From Octopus vulgaris (lineage: Eukaryota), in NCBI GenBank assembly GCA_951406725.2, contig OX597818.1:107756001-107820000 (forward strand): a stretch of DNA of 64,000 nt, written 5' to 3'. This document shows positions 12,310 to 24,289 of the stretch, piece by piece. The position numbers and the translations under genes were made by a program. Each line of letters opens with the position of its first letter. The stretch's first letter is position 1. A model generated the notes under the pieces. It made no database searches and had not been told where the DNA came from. It was given only the letters and a program-made list of their open reading frames with translations.

Positions 12310-12552
12310 TCCGTTTGTCTGTCCTTGTTGGTCCTCTCTGTGTTTAGCCCCTTGTGGGTAGTAAAGAAATAGGTATTTTCATCTGCCATTACGTTCTGGG
12401 TTCAAATTCAGCTGAGGTCAACTTTGCCTTTCATCCTTTCAGGGTCGATAAATTAAGTACCAGTTACGCACTGGGGTCGATGTAATCGACTTAATCCGTT
12501 TGTCTGTCCTTGTTTGTCCCCTCTGTGTTTAGCATCTTGTGGGTAGTTAAAA
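12310..12552 (+). mobile_element. SINE family C in tail-body-tail arrangement
   Basis: Core gactttgcctttcatcctttcagggtcgataaattaagtacc-type sequence (resembles Nin/Deu-type SINE central domains); about 60-bp tail at both ends. Confidence 0.85.
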
Positions 12553-13087
12553 ATAAAATTTACACTCAGAAACAAAGATTAAGTTGTGTTTATTTTTGAG
12601 AGATATTTACGCCAGAGTAGTAGGCTCAGCAGAGCAGTGCACCTCCTCCAACAACAGCCACCATGTACCACTAGCATACATGCCTATACACCTTTGTGTG
12701 TGTGTGTGTGTGTGTGTATGCATACAAGTATTTAATTAATGAAATAGATTGAAATGATTTCAAGCGTCAGTGATAGAAAAATGTTCGTTATATCATGGCT
12801 GCTTGTAAGATATTATCCACATCATTAACAGCTGCCGAAAAATGTCAGCCAGATATGACCTTCCTGTGAGGCATGATATGATAGCAAAAAAAAAAGAATG
12901 GAAGAAATAATGGAAAACATTTGCAAAACCATGGATGTATGAGGCTATTTGTAAAAAAAAATAAAAAAATACCAGAAGTAAAGTTCAATAGGCCTGGAAA
13001 GCAGGCACATCTATGGAGGAAAGAAAAGAAAGAAATGAAAAAGAATAAAAAATATTAGAGAAAAATTCCATTGCAATCATTTACTAA

Positions 13088-13627
13088 GTGCAGCAGCAAC
13101 AGCAACTGCAGCGGCAACAGCATCTGCAGCAGCAACAGCATCTGCAGCAGCAACAGCATCTGCAGCAGCAACAGCAACTGCAGCGGCAACAGCAACTGCA
13201 GCAGCAACAGCAACTGCAGCAGCAACAGCATCTGCAGCAGGAACAGCATCTGCAGCAGCAACAGCATCTGCAGCAGCAACAGCAACTGCAGCGGCAACAG
13301 CATCTGCAGCAGCAACAGCATCTGTAGCAGCAACAGCAACTGCAGCGGCAACAGCATCTGCAGCAGCAACAGCAACTGCAGCGGCAACAGCATCTGCAGC
13401 AGCAACAGCATCTGCAGCAGCAACAGCAACTGCAGCAGCAACAGCATCTGCAGCAGCAACAGCATCTGTAGCAGCAACAGCAACTGCAGCAGCAACAGCA
13501 TCTGCAGCAGCAACAGCAACTGCAGCAGCAACAGCATCTGCAGCAGCAACAGCAACTGCAGCAGCAACAGCATCTGTAGCAACAACAGCAACAGCAACTG
13601 CAGCGGCAACAGCATATGCAGCAGCAG
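13088..13627. repeat. 18-bp CAG-derived minisatellite, about 30 units
   Basis: Units AGCAGCAACAGCA(T/A)CTGC with A>G and C>T variants. Confidence 0.95.
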
Positions 13628-13944
13628 ATTTCTATGTCTCATTTATGGTAAAAGACAACATTTATGGTCAAATGCAAGAGAACTTGAGCCATTGGAGTTT
13701 CTATATTGTCTCTAAACCTGCTAAAAATGATGCATAAATTTACCTCAAATCGCCCTCTATCACCTTAGAGAAGGGCGAATCTTTGGCTAAGTGCTAGTGG
13801 TGTTGTTTAGCCTTACATTAACACTGATCAGGTAGAATTATAATTAAAAGTATCTTAGCTATGAGCCTTGTGTCTTTTATTTTATTGGTGGAGAAGATGG
13901 TATTTAGGACTGCATTATTTTCTGTCCAGCCTTCCTTTATATTG

Positions 13945-14140
13945 ATTTCAAATTATGGCACAAAGCCTGCAATTTTGGAGGAAGGGGATATGTCGATTAT
14001 ATCAACCCCAGTATTCAACTGGTACTTACTTTATCGGCCCGAAAGGATGAAAGGCAAAGTCAATCCCAGTGGAATTTGAACTCAGAGCATAAAGACAGAG
14101 CAAAATGCTGCTAATGCTTCTGCCAGTTTCCTACCTTAAC
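13945..14140 (-). mobile_element. SINE family C
   Basis: ggtacttactttatcggccccgaaaggatgaaaggcaaagtcaa...aatttgaactcaga. Confidence 0.8.
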
Positions 14141-14289
14141 TTTCCTTTATATTGAGAAGACTTGGCAGCTATTTCCTTCAGATTGAGTGACTGGATATAG
14201 GTTCCCCTGTTGGCTGTTTATGAAATGTGAACTTGGATAATAATAAGAATTGTTTTACATAATCCCATTGCTAAGTGTTTGACTGGAAA

Positions 14290-14580
14290 ATTCAACAGGA
14301 ATTGGTTGGACTCTGCAGTGTTTTACTGCAGATTACTTCTACAACACTTGAGAAAGGAATGGCTCTTCATTTTCTTTTGCAGTGTCTCTGTAAAATCCTG
14401 AATATCTCAGGGCAAGATAAGTATCGCAATTGCCAGATTTAATGTCCATATTGTGTGAGTGACAGTTATGATGGCCACGTTAGATAGCAGGCAATAGTAT
14501 TTCAAGACAATTGTTTGGGGTGCAGGAGAGCTTTTTCAAGACATTTGTAAGAGTATCATGTTCAAGGGCTGTATCGATCA
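14290..14580 (+). mobile_element. Highly decayed RTE-type LINE C-terminal remnant
   Basis: tgtctctgtaaaatcctgaatatctcagggcaagataag reads CLCKILNISGQDK, similar to the RTE motif CLRKILxIxWQD; GHV downstream. Confidence 0.45.
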
Positions 14581-14654
14581 CAAAATATGGAAATGTTGCC
14601 TATAAAACCATAAAAGTGAGCAAGCAGCAAAGATGTAATGATTATGGAAGAGAA

Positions 14655-14870
14655 CAAGGCAGCAAACAGCCGGAATCATTAGCATAACAAGCAAACTGCT
14701 TAGTGGCAGCTGAGCCATCTTTATGCACTGAGTTCGAACTCCACTGGGGGTGGCTTTGGCTTTCATCCTTTCAGGGTTGATGAAGTAAGTACCTGTTGCA
14801 CCCTGGGGTCAATGTAATTGACTTACCCCACTCCCCCCAAATCTCTGGCCTGGAGTCAAAATTTGAAACC
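14655..14870 (+). mobile_element. SINE family C
   Basis: gagttcgaactcc B box followed by ctttcatcctttcagggttgat core. Confidence 0.8.
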
Positions 14871-15519
14871 GTTGCTAGGGAAGATGACAAGATGGTGAAT
14901 TGGAAGAATTGGTAAAGCAGTGCAAAAACTCCCTTCCTACACATGATCTGGTTGTTTGCATTTTGAGTTGAAATCCTGCTGAGATCAGCTTTGCAACCAG
15001 CCCACCATCCACATGTCACCTGCTTGTCTGCTGCATTATTTTTCCTCTGTTGCTCTTCCCTACTTCCTGCCAGTCATCACCTACTCTCCCCTAACTTCCA
15101 TACATCTCACATTTATCTTTGTCTACTCCTTCACTTCTGGCCACCTTTCAGCATATTCACATCTGCTGCCACCTCATCACTAACCATTCTTTACTCTCAC
15201 AATATATTTTTCCATCCATTCCCCACTCAATCTTCTCATCCATCTCTCTTCACTCTCTTTTCTATTCACCCTCTTGCTCCTTCAGGGCTCAACCTGACAC
15301 CGTGTCCCCAGCATCTTTATCACTCTGTTCATCTTCACCCTGATTATCCCTTCTATAATGCCTGACAGCCATGTATCGCTTCTACAGCAACAAACCTTTT
15401 CCTACCCCTTCTTTCGTGACATATCCTCTCAACACCTTGCTTAAAGCACCTCTCTTTCTGCTATGGTCCCACTCACTCGAGGGGGATCTTGGGCTTGAGA
15501 GTTCCAAGATGACCTCACA

Positions 15520-15900
15520 AGGGCTGGTGCCACATGAAAAGTGTCCAGTCCACTCTGCAAAGTTTGCTTGCATTAGAAAGAGTATCTGGGTGTAGAATCT
15601 ACATCCCAATGGGTCATGATGCAATCCTGCAACTCATTAGATCCTGTTTAACTGTCCAGGCCTTGCAAGCGTAGAAGACAGATGTTAAATGATTATACAG
15701 TGTCAGTGCCACTTAAAAGCACCAAATCAACTCTGCTAAGTGGTTGGTGTTAGGAAGGGCATCCAGCTGTAAAAATCCTACCAAAACAGTCACAGAAGTC
15801 TGGTGCAGGTTTCCGTCTCACCAGCTTCTATCAAGTCACCCCACTCAAGCTAGCATGGAAGGCAGACGTTAGACAATGTTGATGATCATCATCATCATCA
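15520..15900 (+). mobile_element. Two tandem degenerate family B elements
   Basis: gtgccac..aaaag motif, ggtgttaggaagggcatccagctgt, tails gatgttaaatga and gacgttagac. Confidence 0.7.
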
Positions 15901-17790
15901 CACACACACACACATACACACATATTACACACCATACACATAGATACACAGGCAGACAGATAGATATGTGTTTGTTACATTATGTTACATATATATATAT
16001 GTATGCATGCATGTGTGTGTATATGTATGCTTGTCTATCTGTCTGTCTGTCTGTATGTATGTATATGTGTGTATATATGTCTTTCTGCCTGTCTGTTTGT
16101 CTGTATATATACATGTATGTATGCACACATGTATTTATGTGTGTGTGTATATATGTTTGTATGTCTGTATGTATGTCTCTCTGTATGTATGTGTATGTAC
16201 GTCTGTCTATCTGTATGTATGTAGCTATGAAACGAGAACTACAGAGAGAAAGCAAAATGAAGAAGTAGTGTTCAGAGGAGAAAATTGATTAAAAGACATA
16301 GATAGCCATAGGAGCTAAGTCTCTTTCTCATAAATTCCATGATAATGATCTGTTATTTAAGGAAAGAGAAAGGAAATTTGTGTAAGAATTAAGCCATATC
16401 TTGTTGACTGTTATTTAATGTATTTAGCTTTAATTGGAACTACTTCATTAATAAAACTGATTAAATCCTTCAGCTAAATCCTTCTCTAAGTTACAACATG
16501 CTAAAAGGACTTAATTCTCAATCTTCAAGTTAATATCTGTAGATTTTCTATGAGATTACACTTCTGATATGCTTAACTTAACAAATGATTTCCTTGTCAT
16601 TTGTTCGCTACAGTATAGTCAACAAATACTGTAAGGAAGTCCACTATGAATTATTTATTGGAAATAATATGTATTTTCCTTGTCATCTTATTGAACAAGA
16701 CGACTGCAGTAAAAGCAGCAGAAATTAGTTGGCAGATAGTGGAGGGTTTATGACAATGCACATACTTGAAAGCTAAGCTGTCAGTTTCCTTAGGAACTAT
16801 ATTGATAACATGTTAAACTTTACCTCGCTTAACAACTTTTATTATTTTTAAGATAAGGCAAGAATCCTTACTGAATATTGTTCCAGCCATTTGAGCAAGA
16901 TGGCTGAACAATGAAAATACTAAATATTTTATTTCAAAGAAACATATAATTTCTATAGCTGATGTCAGAATGTTAATAATACTCAGAATTTTGTGAACTC
17001 TTTCTTTCAGAAGGAATATTATCTTGACTTTATTCTTAAGAGGAAAATAAAAGTCTGTATATTTATCCTCTTTTCTCTCTTTTCGGCTTATAGTACAAAT
17101 GAAACGTATAAAACTACATTCGATTTTATTGAGAAATAGAGATCTGGGGTTAATTTTCACTGCTGTTTTAATAACTGGCAACAGTAAAGAGATATTTAAG
17201 AGTTTTTTCACTTCTATTTATGATGAATAACAGGAAGAATTCGACTGCAATGTTTGAAATATTAATGCATTATCTGTGGGCTTCTTTTTCTTTGTATTAT
17301 CTCCTTTTAATGGAGTTCACTTGGGAGGTTGTATATATGAGAGAATAAGGGTAGATGTGTGGGTTGTGTAGAGTTGGAAGTATTATAAGAGAGGTAACAG
17401 CAAGCACTGCTGTTACTAGTCTTTCAATGAAGCCCCATGGTAAGGCAGGCATAGCTTATTATTCTAGTCCATTGCTCTAGTTTATTATTCTATAGTCCAT
17501 TGCATGTTGGCATAGATCACCAGATGATTACATTAACCCACAGTATTTGAGTGCTAACCCTGAATGACTTAAAGGCAAAGTTAACCGCAGTGAGATTTTA
17601 ATTCAGAATGTAAATAGTTGGAAAAAAAACTGCCAGGTTTTTCATCCAACTCTCTAACAACTTGGTCAATCCATCATCTTGGTGTTTCCTTAACCAGTGA
17701 TATTTTATTTTGGTTATTTTTTCCTAAACTAATAAACCTATTTGTTTTTGTTTGACTAAGGCTTTCACAATCATTGATTTTTCTTGACAG

Positions 17791-17823
17791 AGACGTCTGC
17801 TAGTTCAAGTTCTCCTTTGAAAA
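17791..17823 (+). CDS. Candidate 33-nt symmetric micro-exon, x-TSASSSSPLK-x (phase 1-1)
   Basis: tttttcttgacag|AGACGTCTGCTAGTTCAAGTTCTCCTTTGAAAA|gtaagt; canonical sites, length a multiple of 3, open frame, not in a recognisable repeat. Confidence 0.35.
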
Positions 17824-18369
17824 GTAAGTGATGCTATCTACAAGCTCTTCAGCTAGAATATTAATGGTCTCTGATTTCCTTTTACTACACAAAGACTAAT
17901 AAAGATTTGTACATAGACACCGAGAGCTATTAACAAAATTGTAAAGATAATTTAAGACATTAAACTGGTTTTCAACAAAATGAGAATAATTGTCGATACA
18001 ATCTGCTCTAAGACATGTACATCATTCGTTAATTTACTTTTATTATTGTGACAATATCAGCTAAACGTTACCTTTTCTTGTACATGGAAATAGCAATTTA
18101 GCGTTAAACTTATTTAAAGCAGGTACAATTAAATATTAATCAATGACTGATATTTCCTCCTATAAGAAGGGGATACAACTGCATTGCTTTTTGCTAAGAT
18201 GGATAGATAATGGTCTTTACTTACTCACAAATGTTTCTGATTTAAAAAGTGGAAGGGAAAATGACCTTATTCTAGTAAATTCAGAAATTTACATCAATTC
18301 ATACCATAAGGAAATACAAAGGATCAGCCTTTGGATCGGATGATTGCCTTTAATACTCAGTGTAGACAA

Positions 18370-18563
18370 AATGGTGAGCTGGCAGAATCGTTAGCAAGCC
18401 AGGCAAAATGCCTGGTAGTTTTTTTGTCTATCTTTATGTTCTGAATTCAAATTCTGCTGTGGTCAGCATTGCCTTTCAGCTTTTTGGAGTTAGTAAAATA
18501 AGTACCAGTTAAGCACTAGGGTCAATGTAATCTACTTAGCCCCTCCCCTTAAATCGCTGGCCT
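18370..18563 (+). mobile_element. SINE family C
   Basis: ggtgagctggcagaatcgttagc head; aaaataagtaccagtt core. Confidence 0.8.
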
Positions 18564-19202
18564 ATAGTTTTGTATGCAACACAGTATGTAGGGCAACAAA
18601 CAAAGGAGCTTGTGTGCTTTAGAACAATTGCAATAATTGGTAGAAGACAATACAACAGCTTCAAAGCTGTAGGTTCCCTCGTCATTTGTCATAGAAAAGA
18701 AAAAGGAAAGCGGGAGAGGTAAAATGGTAAAGTTAATAAAAGAAGGGGTTGGTTAATGAAAGTATTTAATTAAATGAATCTCGTGAGGGTTATAAACAGA
18801 AATGTCTTAAGTAAGCTGTACAAAATAGAAACTAATGTTTGGGATGCAACCTCACTAGAGTAAAGAGATCCACTTGGAGCAATCCCCTTGAATTCTTCTC
18901 AACAGACTAATAGATGCTTCTTCTTATGGTTAGACACTTTTGACAATCAAAGTGATTGCATTCTTCTTGATGTTATCAAGGATTCTATTAATCAAAGGAA
19001 GGGATAAATCGTGAACAATACAAAAACAAGAAAGTGTAAGAATTAGCAGTTTCTGCCACCTGAATAATTTATTGCATCTAATGGGGAAAAGATAAATTTC
19101 TTTGTTGCAATTTTGATGGATCTTAATAATATAATACTCTCAGTTATTATTGGCTGTTGATGTTGTTGGTGTTCAACCCTAGGCCAGTGCTAGTCAAATA
19201 GA

Positions 19203-19453
19203 GGGGGAGTTTACGAAAAAAGCAAAAGACGAAGATAGGTGGTGTACAAAACAAACAGATGTATTAGTATAACACTCAGGAATAGAAAAAGTCTTTTACG
19301 TTTCAAGCCTACACTCTTCTACAGAAAGGGACACAGAAAAAAAACAAGGAGAGAAAAAAAGGAGAGAAAAAAAGGAGAGAAAAAAGGAGAGAAAAAGGAG
19401 AGAGAAAAAGGAGAGAAAAAAATGTGTGTAGTGGCAAACGAGCTATCATGGTG
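19203..19453 (-). mobile_element. Short hammerhead-like-motif element (family H) with an internal 12-bp repeat (AAAAAAGGAGAG)
   Basis: Minus 19332-19291: CTTT-CTGTAGA-AGAG tgtagg CTT-GAAACGTA-AAAG; same ends as 5502-5672. Confidence 0.65.
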
Positions 19454-20059
19454 ACCTATTCAAATAGATGTGATTAGAGGCAGTCCAACCATGACTATCT
19501 CATCTTTCTATCTTTTCTTATATTCATTAGTGAAAGTTTTCCACTTTTTAAGAGACTAAGTTATCCTTGTCAGCTCATTGTAGACATTCCTTAGTTGACT
19601 CATGGTAGTGACTCCCTCTTGTTTTGTGCGACTCAGGTTTGACAGAAATTGTCTTTTATGATTTATTTAATTATTTAAACCACATTTTTTGTTGTTGTCG
19701 TCTTCTTTAGTTGTTTGATGGTGAGTTTATTTTGCTTTGAGGTGTTTGTCGCTTTCTCCCGAATTTATGAAGTCAACTATTTTTAGCAGGGAATTTTGAG
19801 AGTTGAATGATTTTTTTGCTGCCTTAACGAGGTTTTTTTAAGAATTTTATTTTCATATGTTCACAATAGTTTTGTTGAATGTATGTTCTGCAGTATTTCT
19901 AGCAATAATTCTCATATTCCTCTGTTCTGGAAATCTTTATTTTTTCGTTCATGGGGTTGTCTTGTTGGATCCATTGTAACTTCTGGTGGTGGTAGTGGTG
20001 GTGGGGGTGGGAGTTGGTGGTGGCATTAACTGGGTAAAGGAAAAGGTTTACTTGAGTGG

Positions 20060-20235
20060 CTTTCAGTGATCCTTCTAGTAATCCTTTCAGTGATCCTTTT
20101 AGTGATCCTTTCAGTGATCCTTTTAGTAATCCGTTCAGTGATCCTTTTAGTGATTCTTTCAATGATCCTTTCTGTGATCCTTTCAGTGATCCTTTCAGTG
20201 ATCCTTTCAGTGATCCTTTCTGTGATCCTTTCAGT
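20060..20235. repeat. 12-bp minisatellite (TTTCAGTGATCC), about 14.5 units
   Basis: Direct reading. Confidence 0.95.
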
Positions 20236-20352
20236 GGTATTTCGTCTGTCTTTATGTTCTGAGTTAAAATTCTGCCAAGGTCAACTTTGCCTTTCATCCT
20301 TTCGGGGTTGATAAATTAAGTACCAGTTGTGTACTGGGTCGATCTAACCAAC
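20236..20352 (+). mobile_element. 5'-truncated SINE family C fused to the minisatellite
   Basis: ggtatttcgtctgtctttatgttctgagtt...cctttcatcctttcggggttgataaattaagtacc. Confidence 0.85.
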
Positions 20353-21425
20353 TATATGAATTGAAAGTAGTATTTTTACCCTTGTTTCTAATAATAAACT
20401 TTCGTTTTATCTGAAATGTTTCTTATTCAGTTTTTGAAGAAGAATAAACAGTTTTTATTATTCAGAAAAATCATAAAATTATAGAAATTAAAATGATTGA
20501 TTTACACAGTATTGTATTTTATCGTATTTTATCCAATCCTAGCATGCTAATCTTTTCTAAAATGTATTATAACTCTAGTTTCCTGACATCTCTTTTCTAT
20601 AGAATGATGTGGACATCTTCACCATTGATCAAGAATTTTGCTTCTTATCATTTAAATTTTATTTGAAAAATGAAATTGTGAAAGTCTAAGGACTAACCCT
20701 AACTGCTGCAGATTTATCTGAATAGGTTTTATTTAGTGAATTAGCTAATGAAAAGGTCAGTGTTGCAATTGGTTCTCTTTACAAATGGTCAATATTTCAT
20801 TAAGCTGAAGTTCTAAATTCAAATATTTTCATGAATGGCATTTCAATTCACAAGTTCTGCTACAATGATTTACCTTTAATTGGTATTCTCTGATCCAAAG
20901 AAGTTACATGGCATTTGTTGAGTTTGAAAGAACTACTCTCAATAGAAAAACAATGAGTATTATGAAGACTTTTCTCTTGTCACTTTCTTTTTTTTTTTGT
21001 ATTATATCCTATCATTTCTTTATTTCCATCAAAATCTAAATTACATCCAAATAGGAAACAGCAAATTTATTTATTTGAATTTTGTTGTCCTTAATCCTTT
21101 CAGGAATCCTTTTGTCCATAAAAGACTTAATGAAATAAACAGCAATTCCAAGTTATACTGTAAAACATATTGGAAGAAAATGAAGTCAAACTCCTCCAGA
21201 ATCAAAGTTAGAAAGCAAAATCAAGAAATCCAGATTTATCAATTGAAACAAATGTTCAAAATAAAACATCATTTACTTCATGGCGGATGGCAAAGTATGG
21301 AAAGAAAGTCAGGAAATAAAGGGAATCTCATGCCCTTAGCTTTTGGTTTTGTGTTTGAGCAGGGTGAGAAAAAAGTTTTATAAATGGTTGAAAATTTTCA
21401 ATGCTTAGTCAAAGATTTTGGTAAA

Positions 21426-21812
21426 CTCTTTTACTTCTTTCAGTCATTTGACTGCAGCCATGCTGAAGCACTGCCTTTAGTTGAGCAAATTGACCCCAGG
21501 AGTTATTCTCCGTAAGCCTAGTGCTTATTCTATCAGTCTCTTTTGCCAAACCACTAAGTTACGGGGATGTAAACACACCAGCATTGGTTATCAAGTGATG
21601 TTGGAGGGACAAACAAAGACACACAAACATATACACAAACATACATATATACGACAGGCTTCTTTCAGTTTCCATCTACCAAATCCACTCACAAGACTTT
21701 GGTCGGCCCAGCCTGAGGCTATAGTAGAAGACACTTGCCCAAGGTGCCACACAGTAGGAATGAACCCGGAACCCTATGTTTGGTAAGCAAGCTACTTACC
21801 ACACAGCCACTC
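21426..21812 (-). mobile_element. SINE family A, full length
   Basis: Tail ctcttttacttctttcagtcattt through head ccacacagccactc. Confidence 0.9.
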
Positions 21813-21932
21813 TTGAGAAAAGCCTGTTTGCATAATGTTGAAACTCTTCAGAAGCCTCTTCATCATCACAAACCAATAATTCGTAAGACAGCTTCTGTTC
21901 ATTACAACCACAACTCACTTTTACCATTTCAA

Positions 21933-22619
21933 TGCAAACAGCGGCATTGGAAACTCTGACTCATGCCATTTCAACTGCTTCTAAGTTGAATCCTTACAAC
22001 TAAACCTGGCTGAGTCACAACAATTGCTGCCAGAGTATCATTTTGAATACCCCTTAATAGAAATCATTGCAGCGACTGCTGAGCTGTGCTGCAACCACCA
22101 ACACTGTGCAATGTTTACCAAAAAGGGAGGACCTTTGCATGGTCCTTCAGCTAGTAAGAAATAGCAAGCAAACATCCCTCTGATCACACTGAATCATTTA
22201 AAACTAGGAACAGATACATTTGATAAATAGCTGATGCAAAACAGGCATTTTATAACTTAGTTAAATAACATTCGAACATTATAAAAAAATGCTAAGTTAT
22301 AAAATGCCTGTTTTGCATCAGCTATTTATCAAATGTATCTGTTCCTAGTTTTAAATGATTCAGTGTGATCAGAGGGATGTTTGCTTGCTATTTCTTACTA
22401 GCTGAAGGACCATGCAAAGGTCCTCCCTTTTTGGTAAACATTGCACAGTGTTGGTGGTTGCAGCACAGCTCAGCAGTCGCTGCAATGATTTCTATTAAGG
22501 GGTATTCAAAATGATACTCTGGCAGCAATTGTTGTGACTCAGCCAGGTTTAGTTGTAAGGATTCAACTTAGAAGCAGTTGAAATGGCATGAGTCAGAGTT
22601 TCCAATGCCGCTGTTTGCA
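21933..22619. repeat. Inverted duplication with 328-bp arms (21933-22260, 22292-22619) and a 31-bp spacer
   Basis: Base-by-base comparison of the arms by eye found no mismatch. Confidence 0.95.
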
Positions 22620-22929
22620 CTGTTTCACATCTCTTTCATATTTCATCATTTTATAAATTTTGGTCATTCTCTATAGGTTAGACATATTGGCCAATGTCAT
22701 TTTAACATATGGAATATATATATATATATGCACACACATATACATAAATAGATATATAAAATTATATATAGATATAGACTGATAGATGCATAGATATATA
22801 CATATATGTATACAGTATTATATTATATAATATTACATGCATATATATATATATATATATACATATACATAAATTTATAGTATAGTATATTATATTTAGT
22901 AGCAGTAACCGCCCAATAGATAGTGTTTC

Positions 22930-22961
22930 TGATGATGATGATGATGATGATAGAAATGGTA

Positions 22962-23017
<56 letters not shown>

Positions 23018-23140
23018 AAGAAGAAGAAGAAGAAGAAGAAGAAGAAGAAGAAGAAGAAGAAGGACAAGAACAAGAACAAGAATGATAACAATAACAATAA
23101 TAGTAATAATAATAGTAATAATAATAGTAATAATAATGTT
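22930..23140. repeat. Compound (GAT)n/(AAT)n/(GAA)n microsatellite
   Basis: Direct reading. Confidence 0.95.
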
Positions 23141-23899
23141 AATTTTTTCTTTATTTGCCATTAGAATACAAAAAAGTTAAATATTACATAAAATAAACTA
23201 AGCAAGAAGTATGAGAAGCGATTTATATGCAAAATAAATTTATTACAGAAAAATATACATAAAATACAAATAGAATTAATTAATTGGACACCCCCCACCC
23301 ACCCACCAACGAGTACAAAAAAAAAAAAATGAAAAAAATAATTATGGAAGGAAAGAGGAAAAGAAGCAGAAAGAAAATAAAAGATAATATAAGCAAGGAT
23401 AATGATATGATGAAATGGATAAAGACGAAGAAAAAATTATTCTCTTCAAATTAAATTCAAAATCAGTAGAATTATAATTTTTATTTCTGAAATGTATTTT
23501 TGTTTGTTTATTTTTCAATGTTCTGCATGCAATTTTCCCCATTCTCCACTCTTTCTCTGACAGTCAAAGAAAGAATGAAAGAAAACATCAGACTTATTTC
23601 ATACATGCAGAGTGCTGAGAAAAAAGTGTACATTCTTCAAAAACTAACATCAATTTAGATATTTCCGTTAAAGAAAATAAGAAGAAAATTGAGATGAAAT
23701 CTTTATGGAATTTCAAAACAAAATTGAGAGATATAAAAATTAGCAAAGTAAAGTAGATTAAAAAACTATAAGTGAAATATTGATTTTTTTTTGCACAAGC
23801 ACAAAGCTTTAGAATTATAGAGTTGAAGGAATAAGAAGGAATGACATTCATGGCTTTCCCAAGTCATTAACAACATATGAATGAAGTACGAGAAGCATC

Positions 23900-24250
23900 A
23901 ACCAGCAACTGAAACCAGGTCAAAGACTTAACTCATTAATTAATGTTATGGTGCTCACCATATTAAATGAAATGGCACCTTCTTCCCAACTCCTCCTAAT
24001 GTACATTTTGTAGGTCATTGATGTTAGATTCCATAGAATGCACAACTGCACATAGCTGCAGAATGTTGACAGCCTTACTTCGGTTTTTATCTTTCTCCTT
24101 ACAGGATATGACAACCTTTATATGTAAGCATATTTAGTCCTATTTCAGGGTTGAAAACGAATTTCTTAATGAGATCACTTGATCAAGATGTAAATTACAG
24201 CTTCATATTTTCTAATACTTATACTCATTTCAGATCTTACATCTCTGAAT
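23900..24250 (-). mobile_element. Decayed RTE-type LINE remnant
   Basis: ORF 23920-24114 KIKTEVRLSTFCSYVQLCILWNLTSMT resembles the RTE post-RT motif KIxxxTKLRxFxxYVxSxLLYNxETWT. Confidence 0.4.
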
Positions 24251-24289
24251 TAAACATAAACAGCTTACAAAAGGTGGTGTGTTACATAC

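Noticed and set aside
13071-13715. Cys/Ser-rich or poly-Q protein gene
   Set aside because: Minisatellite with non-ATG starts, stops in the Q frame and no convincing splice sites
24105-24123. 19-nt micro-exon with a strong acceptor and gtaagc donor
   Set aside because: Not a multiple of 3 and lies antisense within a probable RTE remnant, a common source of cryptic acceptors
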